In this document: piece by piece, positions 17,566 through 26,509 of the stretch
Position numbering within the stretch: position 1 is the stretch's first letter
Layout: every line of letters starts with the position of its first letter
DNA from: Oscillospiraceae bacterium
Lineage (GTDB): Bacteria; Bacillota; Clostridia; Oscillospirales; Oscillospiraceae
Assembly: GCA_045645125.1 (NCBI GenBank)
Contig: JAZRID010000266.1
Span: forward strand, 1 to 28,009
DNA: 28,009 nt
Reading direction: 5' to 3'
Program-made: the position numbers and the translations under genes
Notes under the pieces: generated by a model
What the model was told of the DNA's origin: nothing
The model's database searches: none
What the model saw: only the letters and a program-made list of their open reading frames with translations

Positions 17566-17873
17566 GCCTCCTCCGCCACCTGTGCGGCGATGGCGCGCAA
17601 CGCATCATCGGTTAGTTCCGACAGGTCCAACTCCGCCAGCTGGACTGCTGTGTTCTCCTTGTCGCACGCCTGCGCCAACGCAGTATCACGCAAATATTTC
17701 GCCGCCTGCACATCCCCTGCTGCCGCTTTCTCGCCCAACTCCAGATGAATGGCATTCAGCAAGGTATTCTCCACGCCCAATTTTTTTAGATGGGCGCGTC
17801 GCTCCTTATCGGACACTGGCAACTCCAACACCGCGCGAATACTGGTATAAAACGGACATTCCCCATTTGCCAT
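17562..17873 (-). CDS. Terminase small subunit-like protein
   Basis: 103 aa from ATG 17873 (SD GGAGGTG); AAAGDVQAAKYL oligomerisation-type motif and C-terminal LSELTDDALRAIA; ATGA overlap with terL. Confidence 0.7.
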   Translation of the reverse strand: MANGECPFYTSIRAVLELPVSDKERRAHLKKLGVENTLLNAIHLELGEKAAAGDVQAAKYLRDTALAQACDKENTAVQLAELDLSELTDDALRAIAAQVAEEA

Positions 17874-17879
17874 CGGCAA

Positions 17880-18338
17880 TCACCTCCTCTCTGTCCCCTC
17901 CTCCCACTTTTTTTCCTCATGCCACAGCTCCTGTGCCACTTCCAAGGCCTCTGCGTGCAGGCGGAGCAGATGCCTGTGGGAGTAGAACAGACCGTCATCC
18001 GCCAAAGCATCCTGAATTTCCGTCCAGCTTTTCCCTACATCCAGATACCTGCGTTGCAGGATTGTACGGTGTACGCGTTTCGGTACACGGGCTACGAAGG
18101 CCTCCACGCGCCGATAGCTCTCCAACTCCTCATTCACCACAGTCAACTCGCGCTTGTGCTCGTCGTCAATCAAGCGCGAAAGTTTTCGGGCTACTGCTCC
18201 TTTTTCCAGGCGTAGATTCTTACGCCGTTCATCCAGTGCATCCAAACGCCGATGCAATCGCTGTACTTCCAGCGTTGCCGACGTGGCAGACTCCAGAAAC
18301 TGTACCATCGCACACATTTCATTCGTCGCGTTTCTCAT
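17880..18338 (-). CDS. RinA/ArpU/DUF1492-like transcriptional activator
   Basis: 152 aa from ATG 18338 (SD GAGGAG); C-terminal sigma-region-4-like ILQRRYL...SWTEI...YSHRHLLRLHAEAL; canonical position just before terS. Confidence 0.75.
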   Translation of the reverse strand: MRNATNEMCAMVQFLESATSATLEVQRLHRRLDALDERRKNLRLEKGAVARKLSRLIDDEHKRELTVVNEELESYRRVEAFVARVPKRVHRTILQRRYLDVGKSWTEIQDALADDGLFYSHRHLLRLHAEALEVAQELWHEEKKWEEGTERR

Positions 18339-18501
18339 ACGGTATCCACTCCTCACTTGCATAAGTTCCGCCCCAGCACTGTTCGCATTGGGTTCGCGCA
18401 ATGTTCTGGCAGTTTCGTGCTGGTGCGCCACGGAAATACTCCCCTGGGCAACCATACGCACCGCCGTAAAACGCATCATTCACCGCCTGCGGTTGACGCA
18501 T
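18319..18501 (-). CDS. 60-aa Cys-rich protein, possibly metal-binding
   Basis: SD GGGAGG 8 nt before ATG 18501; GCP-x11-C-x6-CxxCW pattern; overlaps the activator start. Confidence 0.65.
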   Translation of the reverse strand: MRQPQAVNDAFYGGAYGCPGEYFRGAPARNCQNIARTQCEQCWGGTYASEEWIPYEKRDE

Positions 18502-18616
18502 CTGTAATTCCTCCCGATAACTCTGTTTCATCGCTACTGCCTACCCTGTTTTTTTGGTATCCGTCGGTATCGAGATGTGTCTGTGCATGGCCAAACAGCT
18601 CGTCCGCTGTGCCCCC

Positions 18617-18645
18617 ATAATAGATGGCGCACTCTGCCGCGTCAA
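18617..18645 (-). promoter_or_regulatory. sigmaA-type promoter of the virion operon
   Basis: TTGACG-17 nt-TATTAT, with an A-rich UP-like tract upstream. Confidence 0.75.
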
Positions 18646-18710
18646 TAGTTTTTCTTAATCTTGGCTTGAATTGGCACATCAGTATAAAGTTTTTCTTTAC
18701 ATTCTAAACA

Positions 18711-18744
18711 AATAAAAAATCCTCTCTTTCCGCACAAAGAGAGG
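18711..18744 (-). terminator. Second intrinsic terminator downstream of arcD
   Basis: 9-bp stem CCTCTCTTT/AAAGAGAGG followed by ATTTTTTATT on the minus strand. Confidence 0.75.
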
Positions 18745-18747
18745 GTG

Positions 18748-18794
18748 AAAAAGGGTGCATTGCTACAAAAACACGGTACAATACACCCTTTTTT
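18748..18794 (-). terminator. First intrinsic terminator of the arc operon (potentially bidirectional)
   Basis: GGGTGTATTG/CAATGCACCC stem flanked by A and T tracts, immediately after the arcD stop. Confidence 0.8.
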
Positions 18795-18799
18795 CTTCT

Positions 18800-20185
18800 T
18801 TATTGCATCACAGCCCCGATGGCGAGGAAGCCGACCGTGATGAGGGCGAGGAGCGCGATAATCTTCCAAGAAAATCGTACCCATCTGTCATACGGCACAT
18901 TCCCCAGCGCGAGTGCGCCCATCACGACAGCGGCAGTCGGGGTAATCAGGTTGACCAATCCCGAAGCCGCCTGAAACGCTGTGACAATCATCTCGCCATT
19001 CACGCCTGCAAACTGTCCCAGCGGTGCGAGAATCGGGACGGACAGTGTCGCCAATCCCGACGACGAGGGAATTAGTACCGACAGGGGCAAATAGATGAGA
19101 TACACGAGAATAATAAACAGCAGAGAGGAAGTCCCTTCCAGAGCCACTTCGCCCCAGTGCAGGATGGTATCGGTAATCGCGCCGCTGTCCATCAGTACAG
19201 TAATCCCTCGGCTGATACCAATGATAAACGCCACGCCCAGTAATTCCGCCGCGCCACTCACAAACGCGTCTATTATCCGTTCCTCACCCAGTCCGTAGAA
19301 CAGACCTATTACCACACCGCCGACCAGAAACAGGCCACTCAACTCGCTAAACCACCAACCCAGTGTCGGCAACGGCAATCCAATTTCATCAAACGGAATC
19401 ACCGCATAAATCATAATCAGGAACACGGTGGCAAACAGTAGCAGGGCAATTTTTCGCCGTCCATCCAACGCTGGCGTTTCTCCATCCGAGGCAAAGTTCA
19501 GCTTGGCGGTATTATCCCCTGCGAGGGAACTGGCTGGATTCTTCTTCACCTTTGCGGCATACCGCATCACAAACACGATAGCCGCCGTATCGCACACAAT
19601 CAGCAATAAAAGGCGCAATACCAGACCATCTCCGAGCGACACCCCAGCAAACCCAGACGCAATACCAGTCGCAAAGGGGTTCACCGTTCCTGCGATAACA
19701 CCTGCACCACTGCCCAACAGCACGACTGCGATGCCCACGAGGGTATCATATCCCGCCGCGAGGAACACAGGAATCAGCAGAGGGAAGAATGCCATCGTTT
19801 CCTCCCACATACCAAACGATGTGCCACCCAGACTAAACACAATCATCAGCACAGGAATCAGCAAAATCTCTTTGCCGTTCAACCGTTTCACTACGGCCGC
19901 CACGCCTGCATCAATCGCGCCTGTTTTCATCACCACGCCGAGGAAACCGCCGACCATCAGAATAAACACCGCGACATCGACTGCATCAAAGAACCCCTCA
20001 AAGGCGGCCAGTATAATCGCCCCGACCCCCTGCCCCTGTTGGGGTACACCGTGGTAGCTCCCTGCAACAGGCAACCCATCCACGCGAATATATTCTCCTG
20101 CTGGAATCACCCAAGTTGCCACGGCCACAACCACCAACAGGGCAAATAGGATGGTATAGGCCGTCGGCATCCGAAATTTATTCAT
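18800..20185 (-). CDS. arcD: Arginine/ornithine antiporter, YfcC family
   Basis: MPTAYTIL...TWVIPAG N-terminus, many TM helices and a PSSSG motif; follows arcB. ATG at 20185. Confidence 0.85.
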   Translation of the reverse strand: MNKFRMPTAYTILFALLVVVAVATWVIPAGEYIRVDGLPVAGSYHGVPQQGQGVGAIILAAFEGFFDAVDVAVFILMVGGFLGVVMKTGAIDAGVAAVVKRLNGKEILLIPVLMIVFSLGGTSFGMWEETMAFFPLLIPVFLAAGYDTLVGIAVVLLGSGAGVIAGTVNPFATGIASGFAGVSLGDGLVLRLLLLIVCDTAAIVFVMRYAAKVKKNPASSLAGDNTAKLNFASDGETPALDGRRKIALLLFATVFLIMIYAVIPFDEIGLPLPTLGWWFSELSGLFLVGGVVIGLFYGLGEERIIDAFVSGAAELLGVAFIIGISRGITVLMDSGAITDTILHWGEVALEGTSSLLFIILVYLIYLPLSVLIPSSSGLATLSVPILAPLGQFAGVNGEMIVTAFQAASGLVNLITPTAAVVMGALALGNVPYDRWVRFSWKIIALLALITVGFLAIGAVMQ

Positions 20186-20190
20186 TGCAA

Positions 20191-21189
20191 TCAACAACCA
20201 ATCGTTGCGACCAGCACCGCCTTGATGCTGTGCATACGGTTTTCCGCCTCGTCAAACACGACGCTGTGCGGTCCACGGAACACCTCGTCGGTCACTTCGC
20301 GGATGTCAATACCCTTGTCCATCCACTCCTTCGCCATTTTGGTTTCAAAGTCATGGAACGAGGGCAGGCAGTGCATATACAGCACCTTGGGGTTGCCCGT
20401 CTTATCCAGCATCTCCTTGGTGGCACGGAACGGAGTCAACAGCTTGGTGCGCTCAGGAATCAGTGCCTCCTCACCCATCGAGGCCCAGATATCGCCGTAA
20501 ATAACATCCGCACCAATCAGGGTATTCATGTCACTGGTAATCTCGATGGTAGCACCCGTCTGTGCCGCAATCGCCTGTACTTTCTGCATCACTTCGCGGT
20601 CCACACCTGCCACCAGTTCCTGCGGACCCAGACCGACAAAGTGCATCCCCATCTTGGCACATCCATACATCCATGCGTAGCACATATTATTTCTGACATC
20701 GCCGGGGAAGACCACCTTGACATCGCGTAAGGGCTTGGCGCAGTGTTCCTCAATGGTCATCATATCCGCGAGAATCTGGGTGGGGTGGTCCACATCCGTC
20801 AGACCGTTCCAGACACTGACACCACTGAATTTAGCGAGGTCCTCGACTACTTTCTGGTCGTAGCCACGGTACTCGATACCGTCAAAGAAGCGTCCCAGCA
20901 CCTTTGCGCTGTCCTCCAACGACTCCTTTTTGCCCATCTGACTGCTTCCTGCGTCCAGATAAGTCACATGCGCCCCCTCCTGCGTCGCCGCGACCTCAAA
21001 GGAACAGCGCGTACGGGTAGAGGTCTTTTCAAACAGCAGGACAATATGCTTGCCCTTGAGGGCCTGCCCCTTGCCGTGGGCACGACGCTTTGCTTTCAAG
21101 TCATGCCCCAAGTCCAACAGATAACGGATTTCCTCCGTGGTCAGGTCCATCAGTGTGAGAAAACTTTTCCCTTTCAGATTAACAGCCAT
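20191..21189 (-). CDS. arcB: Ornithine carbamoyltransferase (catabolic by context)
   Basis: STRTRCSFE, HPTQ and HCLP motifs. Confidence 0.95.
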   Translation of the reverse strand: MAVNLKGKSFLTLMDLTTEEIRYLLDLGHDLKAKRRAHGKGQALKGKHIVLLFEKTSTRTRCSFEVAATQEGAHVTYLDAGSSQMGKKESLEDSAKVLGRFFDGIEYRGYDQKVVEDLAKFSGVSVWNGLTDVDHPTQILADMMTIEEHCAKPLRDVKVVFPGDVRNNMCYAWMYGCAKMGMHFVGLGPQELVAGVDREVMQKVQAIAAQTGATIEITSDMNTLIGADVIYGDIWASMGEEALIPERTKLLTPFRATKEMLDKTGNPKVLYMHCLPSFHDFETKMAKEWMDKGIDIREVTDEVFRGPHSVVFDEAENRMHSIKAVLVATIGC

Positions 21190-21215
21190 GCGTTTCTTCC
21201 TTTCTTATCATCCGA

Positions 21216-22454
21216 TTACTCCACATCATCGCGCACAAACGGCATACTCATACACCGTGGGCCACCGCGGCCTCGGCTGAGTTCGCTACATGGAATGGTG
21301 TGAATTTTGATACCATTTTCTTCAAGAATCCGATTCGTCACATAGTTTCTGCCGTAGACGACCACCTCACCGGGGGCAATGGCGAGGGTATTGCTACCAT
21401 CGCTCCACTGCTCTCGTGCCGCATCAATCGGACTATCATTGCCACACTTAATCAGCGTCACATTGCTCAGTCCCAGATGTTCCTTCAGGATATCCTCCAG
21501 TCGTCCCTGTTCCTCTTTCACGCGCACTTTTCCGTCCACCAGTTCCAGAACAAACACGGTAATCTCATGGAGGATATTAGGGTGTACGGTAAATTTATCC
21601 CTATCGACCATCGTAAACACGGTATCAAGGTGCATGAAACTTCTGGTTTTCGGGATATCAAACGCAAGAATCTTTTTGAAAGTCTTACTAATCGACAGTA
21701 CGGTATGGGCAAACTTATCAATACTATCCTCTTGGGTACGCTGGGAGATACCCACGGCAATGACCTCTTTGGACAGCACCAGAATATCACCGCCTTCGAT
21801 GGACGAAGTTTCGCCTCGGTCGTACCACTTCGGCACATCCTTGTACTTCGGGTGATATTGGAAGATAAACTTACCAAACAGCGTTTCTCGATTTCGCGTC
21901 ACCGTGTGCATACGGTGTAAGGACACACCCGTACCAATGGTGGCAAACGGGTCACGGGTGAAATAGAGGTTGGGCATAGGGTCGATTAAGAAGGGATAGT
22001 CGTCACTGCGGAAGCGCATATAATCCGCGAGTTTCCCTGTTTCAAAGCTCCTGACATCGCTCTTTCTGACACCAGCCATCATGGTATCCACCAAGGTTCG
22101 GTTGTCCATTTCCGCAAAATAGTCGCGCAAAATTTCGCGGATGCGGTGTTTGTTCAGGTCCGCTTCATCGAGGAACTGTTCCACCAATTCCTCTCGGACG
22201 GACGGTTCCTCCATCGTCTGTGCCACAAGGTCAGCCAGATAAAGGACTTCTACGCCGTTATTGCGGAGGCATTGTGCAAAAGCGTCATGCTCCTCCTGTG
22301 CCACTTTCAGGTAGGGGATATCATCAAACAGCAGTCTTTCGAGGTATTCGGGCATCAAGTTTTCGAGTTCTCTGCCTGGACGGTGTAGCATGACCGTACG
22401 CAGTCGCCCGATTTCGCTCGTGTTGTGCAGCGCGCTTGTATGTTCCCGCGCCAT
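21216..22454 (-). CDS. arcA: Arginine deiminase
   Basis: [31 protein letters not shown] and [10 protein letters not shown] motifs. Confidence 0.97.
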   Translation of the reverse strand: MAREHTSALHNTSEIGRLRTVMLHRPGRELENLMPEYLERLLFDDIPYLKVAQEEHDAFAQCLRNNGVEVLYLADLVAQTMEEPSVREELVEQFLDEADLNKHRIREILRDYFAEMDNRTLVDTMMAGVRKSDVRSFETGKLADYMRFRSDDYPFLIDPMPNLYFTRDPFATIGTGVSLHRMHTVTRNRETLFGKFIFQYHPKYKDVPKWYDRGETSSIEGGDILVLSKEVIAVGISQRTQEDSIDKFAHTVLSISKTFKKILAFDIPKTRSFMHLDTVFTMVDRDKFTVHPNILHEITVFVLELVDGKVRVKEEQGRLEDILKEHLGLSNVTLIKCGNDSPIDAAREQWSDGSNTLAIAPGEVVVYGRNYVTNRILEENGIKIHTIPCSELSRGRGGPRCMSMPFVRDDVE

Positions 22455-22619
22455 AGTGCATCACTCCTTTTCTTTCTCTAGGATGACCGTTCTGGCCAAA
22501 ATCATACATCTGTTATCGGTTTTTCCTCTGGACATTTACCTGAACATCGTATAAACTGAGTCTGTCAAATTTTTAATCGGATAGTTGTCCATACTGAAGA
22601 AGATAGGAGTGTTGTTACC

Positions 22620-23558
22620 ATGAGTAATTTATATGATGTTATCATTCTCGGTGCAGGTCCCGCTGGTCTGACCGCCGGTCTGTACGCAGGTCGCAGTCGT
22701 CTGCGCACCCTGATTATCGAAAAAGGACAAGACGGTGGCCAGATTGCCCAGACTGACGAAATTGAGAACTACCCTGGCCAGACGGTTGAGGGTGAGAGCG
22801 GCCGTAGTCTGGTGGCACGCATGAGCCAGCAGGCGGCCAAGTTTGGTGCTGAACGCTGTAGCGATGTCATTAAGAGCGTGGAACTGCACGGCGATGTCAA
22901 GAAGCTCATCGGCAATAAGGGTGAGTATGAGGCAAAGTGCGTCATCATCGCCACAGGTGCGTTCCCCCGCCCCATCGGTTGTGAGAACGAAGGCAAATTC
23001 ACTGGTCGCGGTATTTCTTTCTGCGCCACCTGTGATGCTTCTTTCTTCGAGGACTACGAGGTGTATGTTGTCGGTGGTGGCGACAGTGCGGTTGAGGAAG
23101 CCATGTATCTGACCAAGTTTGCGCGCAAGGTGACTATCATCCACCGCCGTGACGAATTGCGTGCGGCGAAGTCCATTCAGGAAAAGGCATTTGCCAACCC
23201 CAAGATTTCTTTCCTGTGGGATAGCGTGGTGACTCGCGTTGATGGCAAGGGTCTCCTGAATACCATGACCGTCAAGAATGTTAAGACAGGGGAGGAAACC
23301 GTCATCCACGCCGACCCGAAAGACGGCGTATTTGGTCTATTTGGCTTCATCGGCTATCAGCCCAACTCTCAGCTCTTTGATGGTATCCTAGAGTTAGACA
23401 ACGGCTATATCGTCACCGATGCCGATATGCACACCAACATTCCTGGTATTTTTGCCGCAGGTGATATCCGCGCCAAGAGCTTGCGTCAGGTCATTACCGC
23501 CGCCGCCGATGGTGCTATCGCCGCTGTGCAGGCCGAGCACTATATCAGCAACCACTAA
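22620..23558 (+). CDS. trxB: Thioredoxin-disulfide reductase
   Basis: GAGPAG FAD motif, CATCD redox centre, GGGDSA and HRRDELRA. Confidence 0.97.
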   Translation: MSNLYDVIILGAGPAGLTAGLYAGRSRLRTLIIEKGQDGGQIAQTDEIENYPGQTVEGESGRSLVARMSQQAAKFGAERCSDVIKSVELHGDVKKLIGNKGEYEAKCVIIATGAFPRPIGCENEGKFTGRGISFCATCDASFFEDYEVYVVGGGDSAVEEAMYLTKFARKVTIIHRRDELRAAKSIQEKAFANPKISFLWDSVVTRVDGKGLLNTMTVKNVKTGEETVIHADPKDGVFGLFGFIGYQPNSQLFDGILELDNGYIVTDADMHTNIPGIFAAGDIRAKSLRQVITAAADGAIAAVQAEHYISNH

Positions 23559-23569
23559 AATCAAACAAC

Positions 23570-23618
23570 AAAAAAGCGGAGTGTTGCAACCAAAATTGCG
23601 ACACTCCGTTCTCTTTTT
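23570..23618. terminator. Bidirectional terminator between the convergent trxB and peptidase genes
   Basis: 13-bp stem CGGAGTGTTGCAA/TTGCGACACTCCG with A and T tracts on both sides. Confidence 0.85.
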
Positions 23619-23622
23619 ATTT

Positions 23623-24648
23623 TTAATAATAGCCTTTTATTCCGCGTTTGGAACCATCTTTCATCTCCAGCACAATCGTTCGTCGCATGGTCTGTACGGC
23701 ATCCCCCACCTGTAAAAATACGATATGACTACAGAAAATTCTGTTTTCCACACGGAACATATTCATCGGGTCATACCCACAAATCACACCTTCACACTCC
23801 GTATACGCAGTTTGGGCAATGTGTTCAGCAATCTTCCGTGTTCTCTCTTCCATCATTTTTTCATAGGTCGTTTGGAGAGAGGGGGATGGTTGTACCACCA
23901 CGGTATGCGCCAAAGCAACCGGATTTTGTTCGTACGCGGTTAAGGCACTCCCTATTTCATTCTGTACTCTGCGTCCCAGTTTCTCCAGACACAGGAAAAA
24001 TACCGCACCGCTGTCATACGACATCCGCCGAACATCAAACTGCCGTTCCGTTTCCGCACGCAGTCGTTGCAGATAGCTCGCCATCTTTTTCTCAAACTTC
24101 TTTGGCGCAATCTGGCGCAGTGCTTTCAACCCAACATACTCTGCCATCCCCTCCAGCGTTTCCGCTTTCAGTTCCTCCTGCACCATGTCGGGATACCGTT
24201 CCATTCGCATGGCACGGATTGTCGCAAACTTCGCCAGTGCATCCGCATCCTCATATGCGTCCGCCAAATAGCAATTTTCGCGATACTTTCGGGTATAGTT
24301 TTCCATATCACTCGGATAGCACAGCAATTTCAAATCTGACGGAAACCGCTTTTCACCCAGTGTATGTTGGTGACAGTGAAACATCTCATGTACAATAGAG
24401 GCGGCAAGTTCCTCCGCATCTGCCACAGGCGAAAATGCCACATTCCAGATGGCAATATATTCTCCCTCGTAGCAGAGCGCAGTATTGCCCATAAACTGCT
24501 CCGTATACGGCATCAGCTTTCCATCCAGACAGACAGTTTCCTGTGTATACAGTGCAAATCGATAGCGATGAAAGGTAGGAAACAATGTTGCAAAATCAAT
24601 TTTTTGCAGAATCGCATCTATTTCCCCATATAAGTTTTGTATATCCAT
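23623..24648 (-). CDS. Putative zinc metallopeptidase (gluzincin-like)
   Basis: HEMFH motif and downstream ETLEGMAEY. ATG 24648 lies 5 nt after the amidohydrolase stop. Confidence 0.65.
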   Translation of the reverse strand: MDIQNLYGEIDAILQKIDFATLFPTFHRYRFALYTQETVCLDGKLMPYTEQFMGNTALCYEGEYIAIWNVAFSPVADAEELAASIVHEMFHCHQHTLGEKRFPSDLKLLCYPSDMENYTRKYRENCYLADAYEDADALAKFATIRAMRMERYPDMVQEELKAETLEGMAEYVGLKALRQIAPKKFEKKMASYLQRLRAETERQFDVRRMSYDSGAVFFLCLEKLGRRVQNEIGSALTAYEQNPVALAHTVVVQPSPSLQTTYEKMMEERTRKIAEHIAQTAYTECEGVICGYDPMNMFRVENRIFCSHIVFLQVGDAVQTMRRTIVLEMKDGSKRGIKGYY

Positions 24649-24653
24649 TCGTA

Positions 24654-25967
24654 TCATTCTCCCATGATATCCAGTACCGTGCAAGTAAATACTTCCACGC
24701 CTACGGGCAGGATAGCTTCTACAAAATCAAAGCGGTCGTTGTGGTTGATAGCCGCGCACGGTGTCAGTAGACTGAAAAATGTCGCCTTGCCACCGCGCTC
24801 AATGACGCGCTGTGCCATATAGCTGAAATCCTCACTCCCACCGTCCATACTGGCGAGTGCGGTGGCGCGATACCCCTGTTTCCGTGCAATAGTCTGCACA
24901 CGCTGTGCCAGTGACCAACTGCTCTCCATCGCTGGCGCGCCGCCCATCGGTACAATCTCCACGCTACACCCGTACATCTGCGCCGCCGCCTCTACAATCG
25001 CGGTGGCGCGTTCCTCCATGTAGGTATTCGCCTCCGCCGTCGCCGCGCGCACTTCTATCTCCAACTTCGCTGTTTCACACACCACATTGCGCCCCGTTCC
25101 AGCGGTAAACCGCCCCACATTCACATGGGTCGGGACACTGCTATAGCGTGGAATCGCGTGGAGATTCAGCGTCGCTGTTGCGGCGGCTAGCATAGCGTTG
25201 TTCCCCTCCTGCGGTGCAATGGCGGCATGAACCGCCTTTCCGCGGAAGATAACATCCCACTTTGTCGTGGCAAGTGCGCCCCGGCCACCCTCCGCAAACA
25301 CAGCTACCTCGTTACCGGGAGCTTTGTCCATGGGGAAGATATGTGCGCCCAGTGCGAAATCCACATCATCGAGGAGTCCACGCTCTACGATAGCACGCGC
25401 ACCGCGTACCCCTTCTTCCGCAGGCTGAAAAATCAACTTCACGGTACCGTGCAGTTGGTCGCGGTGTTGCATCAGCAATTTCGCTGTACCAAGGCCAATC
25501 GCAATATGGCCATCGTGGGCGCAGGCATGCATCACCCCCAACACCCCGGAGGAAAATCCCTCGTCATGGGGGCGGTGTCCCTCTTTCGCACACTCACACA
25601 CGCCAAGCGCGTCAATATCGAAGCGCAGTGCTACTGTCGATCCCTCGCCACAGCGCAAGTATGCAACAACACCAGTAAACCCACCTGCCGTACGGGGCAA
25701 AAATTCAGCATCCGCCCCATTTTCCTCTGCCCACTGGTAGTGTGCGTCCAGTATGGTACGGTTAGGGACACCCATTCGCGCCGTATCCAGACACACCGCG
25801 TCCCCTAGCAACACTTCCTCATACCCCATTTTTTGCAATTCTCGCGCAATCCGAGAGGTGGTACGCATCTCCATCCACGCAGGTTCCGCGTAACGATGAA
25901 ACTCTCTCCGCAGTGCGGTCAATGCAGCAGACAGACCTTGCGCCTCCACTTTTATCCATTCTTGCAT
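24654..25967 (-). CDS. M20D amidohydrolase (AbgA-like)
   Basis: RREFH, RFDIDAL, HACAHDGH, FQPAEEG and GSEDF motifs. Confidence 0.9.
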   Translation of the reverse strand: MQEWIKVEAQGLSAALTALRREFHRYAEPAWMEMRTTSRIARELQKMGYEEVLLGDAVCLDTARMGVPNRTILDAHYQWAEENGADAEFLPRTAGGFTGVVAYLRCGEGSTVALRFDIDALGVCECAKEGHRPHDEGFSSGVLGVMHACAHDGHIAIGLGTAKLLMQHRDQLHGTVKLIFQPAEEGVRGARAIVERGLLDDVDFALGAHIFPMDKAPGNEVAVFAEGGRGALATTKWDVIFRGKAVHAAIAPQEGNNAMLAAATATLNLHAIPRYSSVPTHVNVGRFTAGTGRNVVCETAKLEIEVRAATAEANTYMEERATAIVEAAAQMYGCSVEIVPMGGAPAMESSWSLAQRVQTIARKQGYRATALASMDGGSEDFSYMAQRVIERGGKATFFSLLTPCAAINHNDRFDFVEAILPVGVEVFTCTVLDIMGE

Positions 25968-26509
25968 CCATCTGTCCCCCTCTGTACTCCCTTGGTCAAC
26001 CCTGCTTTTTTCAACAGTTTCTCCAATAGCGTCCGCAGTGGTGCAAACAGCGTCAATGCCATGACGAAGTTTCCTGCCGCGTGGATGGCATCAAACGGGA
26101 CACCACTCACCCACCACGACAGTGCATAGGCGACACCGCCAATCGGGATATAGATGGGCGCGCACAGCACCCCGAAGAACAGGCCAAACGCGCCACACAG
26201 CACCGCCCATCCCAGTTTTGACTCCATCTTCCGCAACAGCCACGATATCAGCCACAAAATCGCCCAGACATACAGGTAGCAAAGCGACCAAGTATTCAGT
26301 CCCCAGATGGCCCACTCCAAAAACACATAGAGATAGATGGGGGCAAGTGCCCACGGCCCCAGTGTGACAGTGTAGACCATGACGAGCAGGGACACTGGCT
26401 CGATATTCGGCAGGGATGCCATCGCCATTTTCAGCACGAACATGAGGACACCGAGTTGTGACAGGATGACCATGCTCAAGGTGCGCTGTCTACGGCTCTG
26501 TGTTACCAT
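25952..26509 (-). CDS. ECF transporter S component, CbrT-like (cobalamin)
   Basis: About six TM helices with LPNIEP and FD..HA.GN motifs; downstream of a B12 riboswitch. Confidence 0.8.
   Translation of the reverse strand: MVTQSRRQRTLSMVILSQLGVLMFVLKMAMASLPNIEPVSLLVMVYTVTLGPWALAPIYLYVFLEWAIWGLNTWSLCYLYVWAILWLISWLLRKMESKLGWAVLCGAFGLFFGVLCAPIYIPIGGVAYALSWWVSGVPFDAIHAAGNFVMALTLFAPLRTLLEKLLKKAGLTKGVQRGTDGCKNG

Larger units (their letters stand above)
3071..18645 (-). mobile_element. Phage-derived virion morphogenesis and lysis operon of podovirus type, lacking integration and replication modules (GTA-like or cryptic prophage)
   Basis: 17 co-oriented, mostly abutting or overlapping genes including terminase, capsid, portal, tail and lysin, with a single upstream promoter. 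Confidence 0.9.

Noticed and set aside
18339-18479. N-terminal 47 aa of the track's 199-aa activator ORF
   Set aside because: This interval is better explained by the 60-aa Cys-rich gene; ATG 18338 has its own SD.
18515-18575. preQ1 riboswitch suggested by the A7 tract in the leader
   Set aside because: No matching P1 stem or loop consensus, and the downstream genes are unrelated to queuosine.
3071-18645. Complete inducible prophage, tailocin, or PICI/satellite interpretation
   Set aside because: No integrase or replication genes (against prophage and PICI); head and terminase present while sheath and tube are absent (against tailocin). A cryptic remnant is not excluded.
18476-18679. 67-aa minus-strand ORF as the first gene of the cluster
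   Set aside because: It runs through the predicted promoter and leader and has no SD; the 18501 start has a strong SD.
22455-22619. ARG box and promoters in the arcA-trxB intergenic region
   Set aside because: Only partial matches with non-canonical spacing; not supportable by eye.
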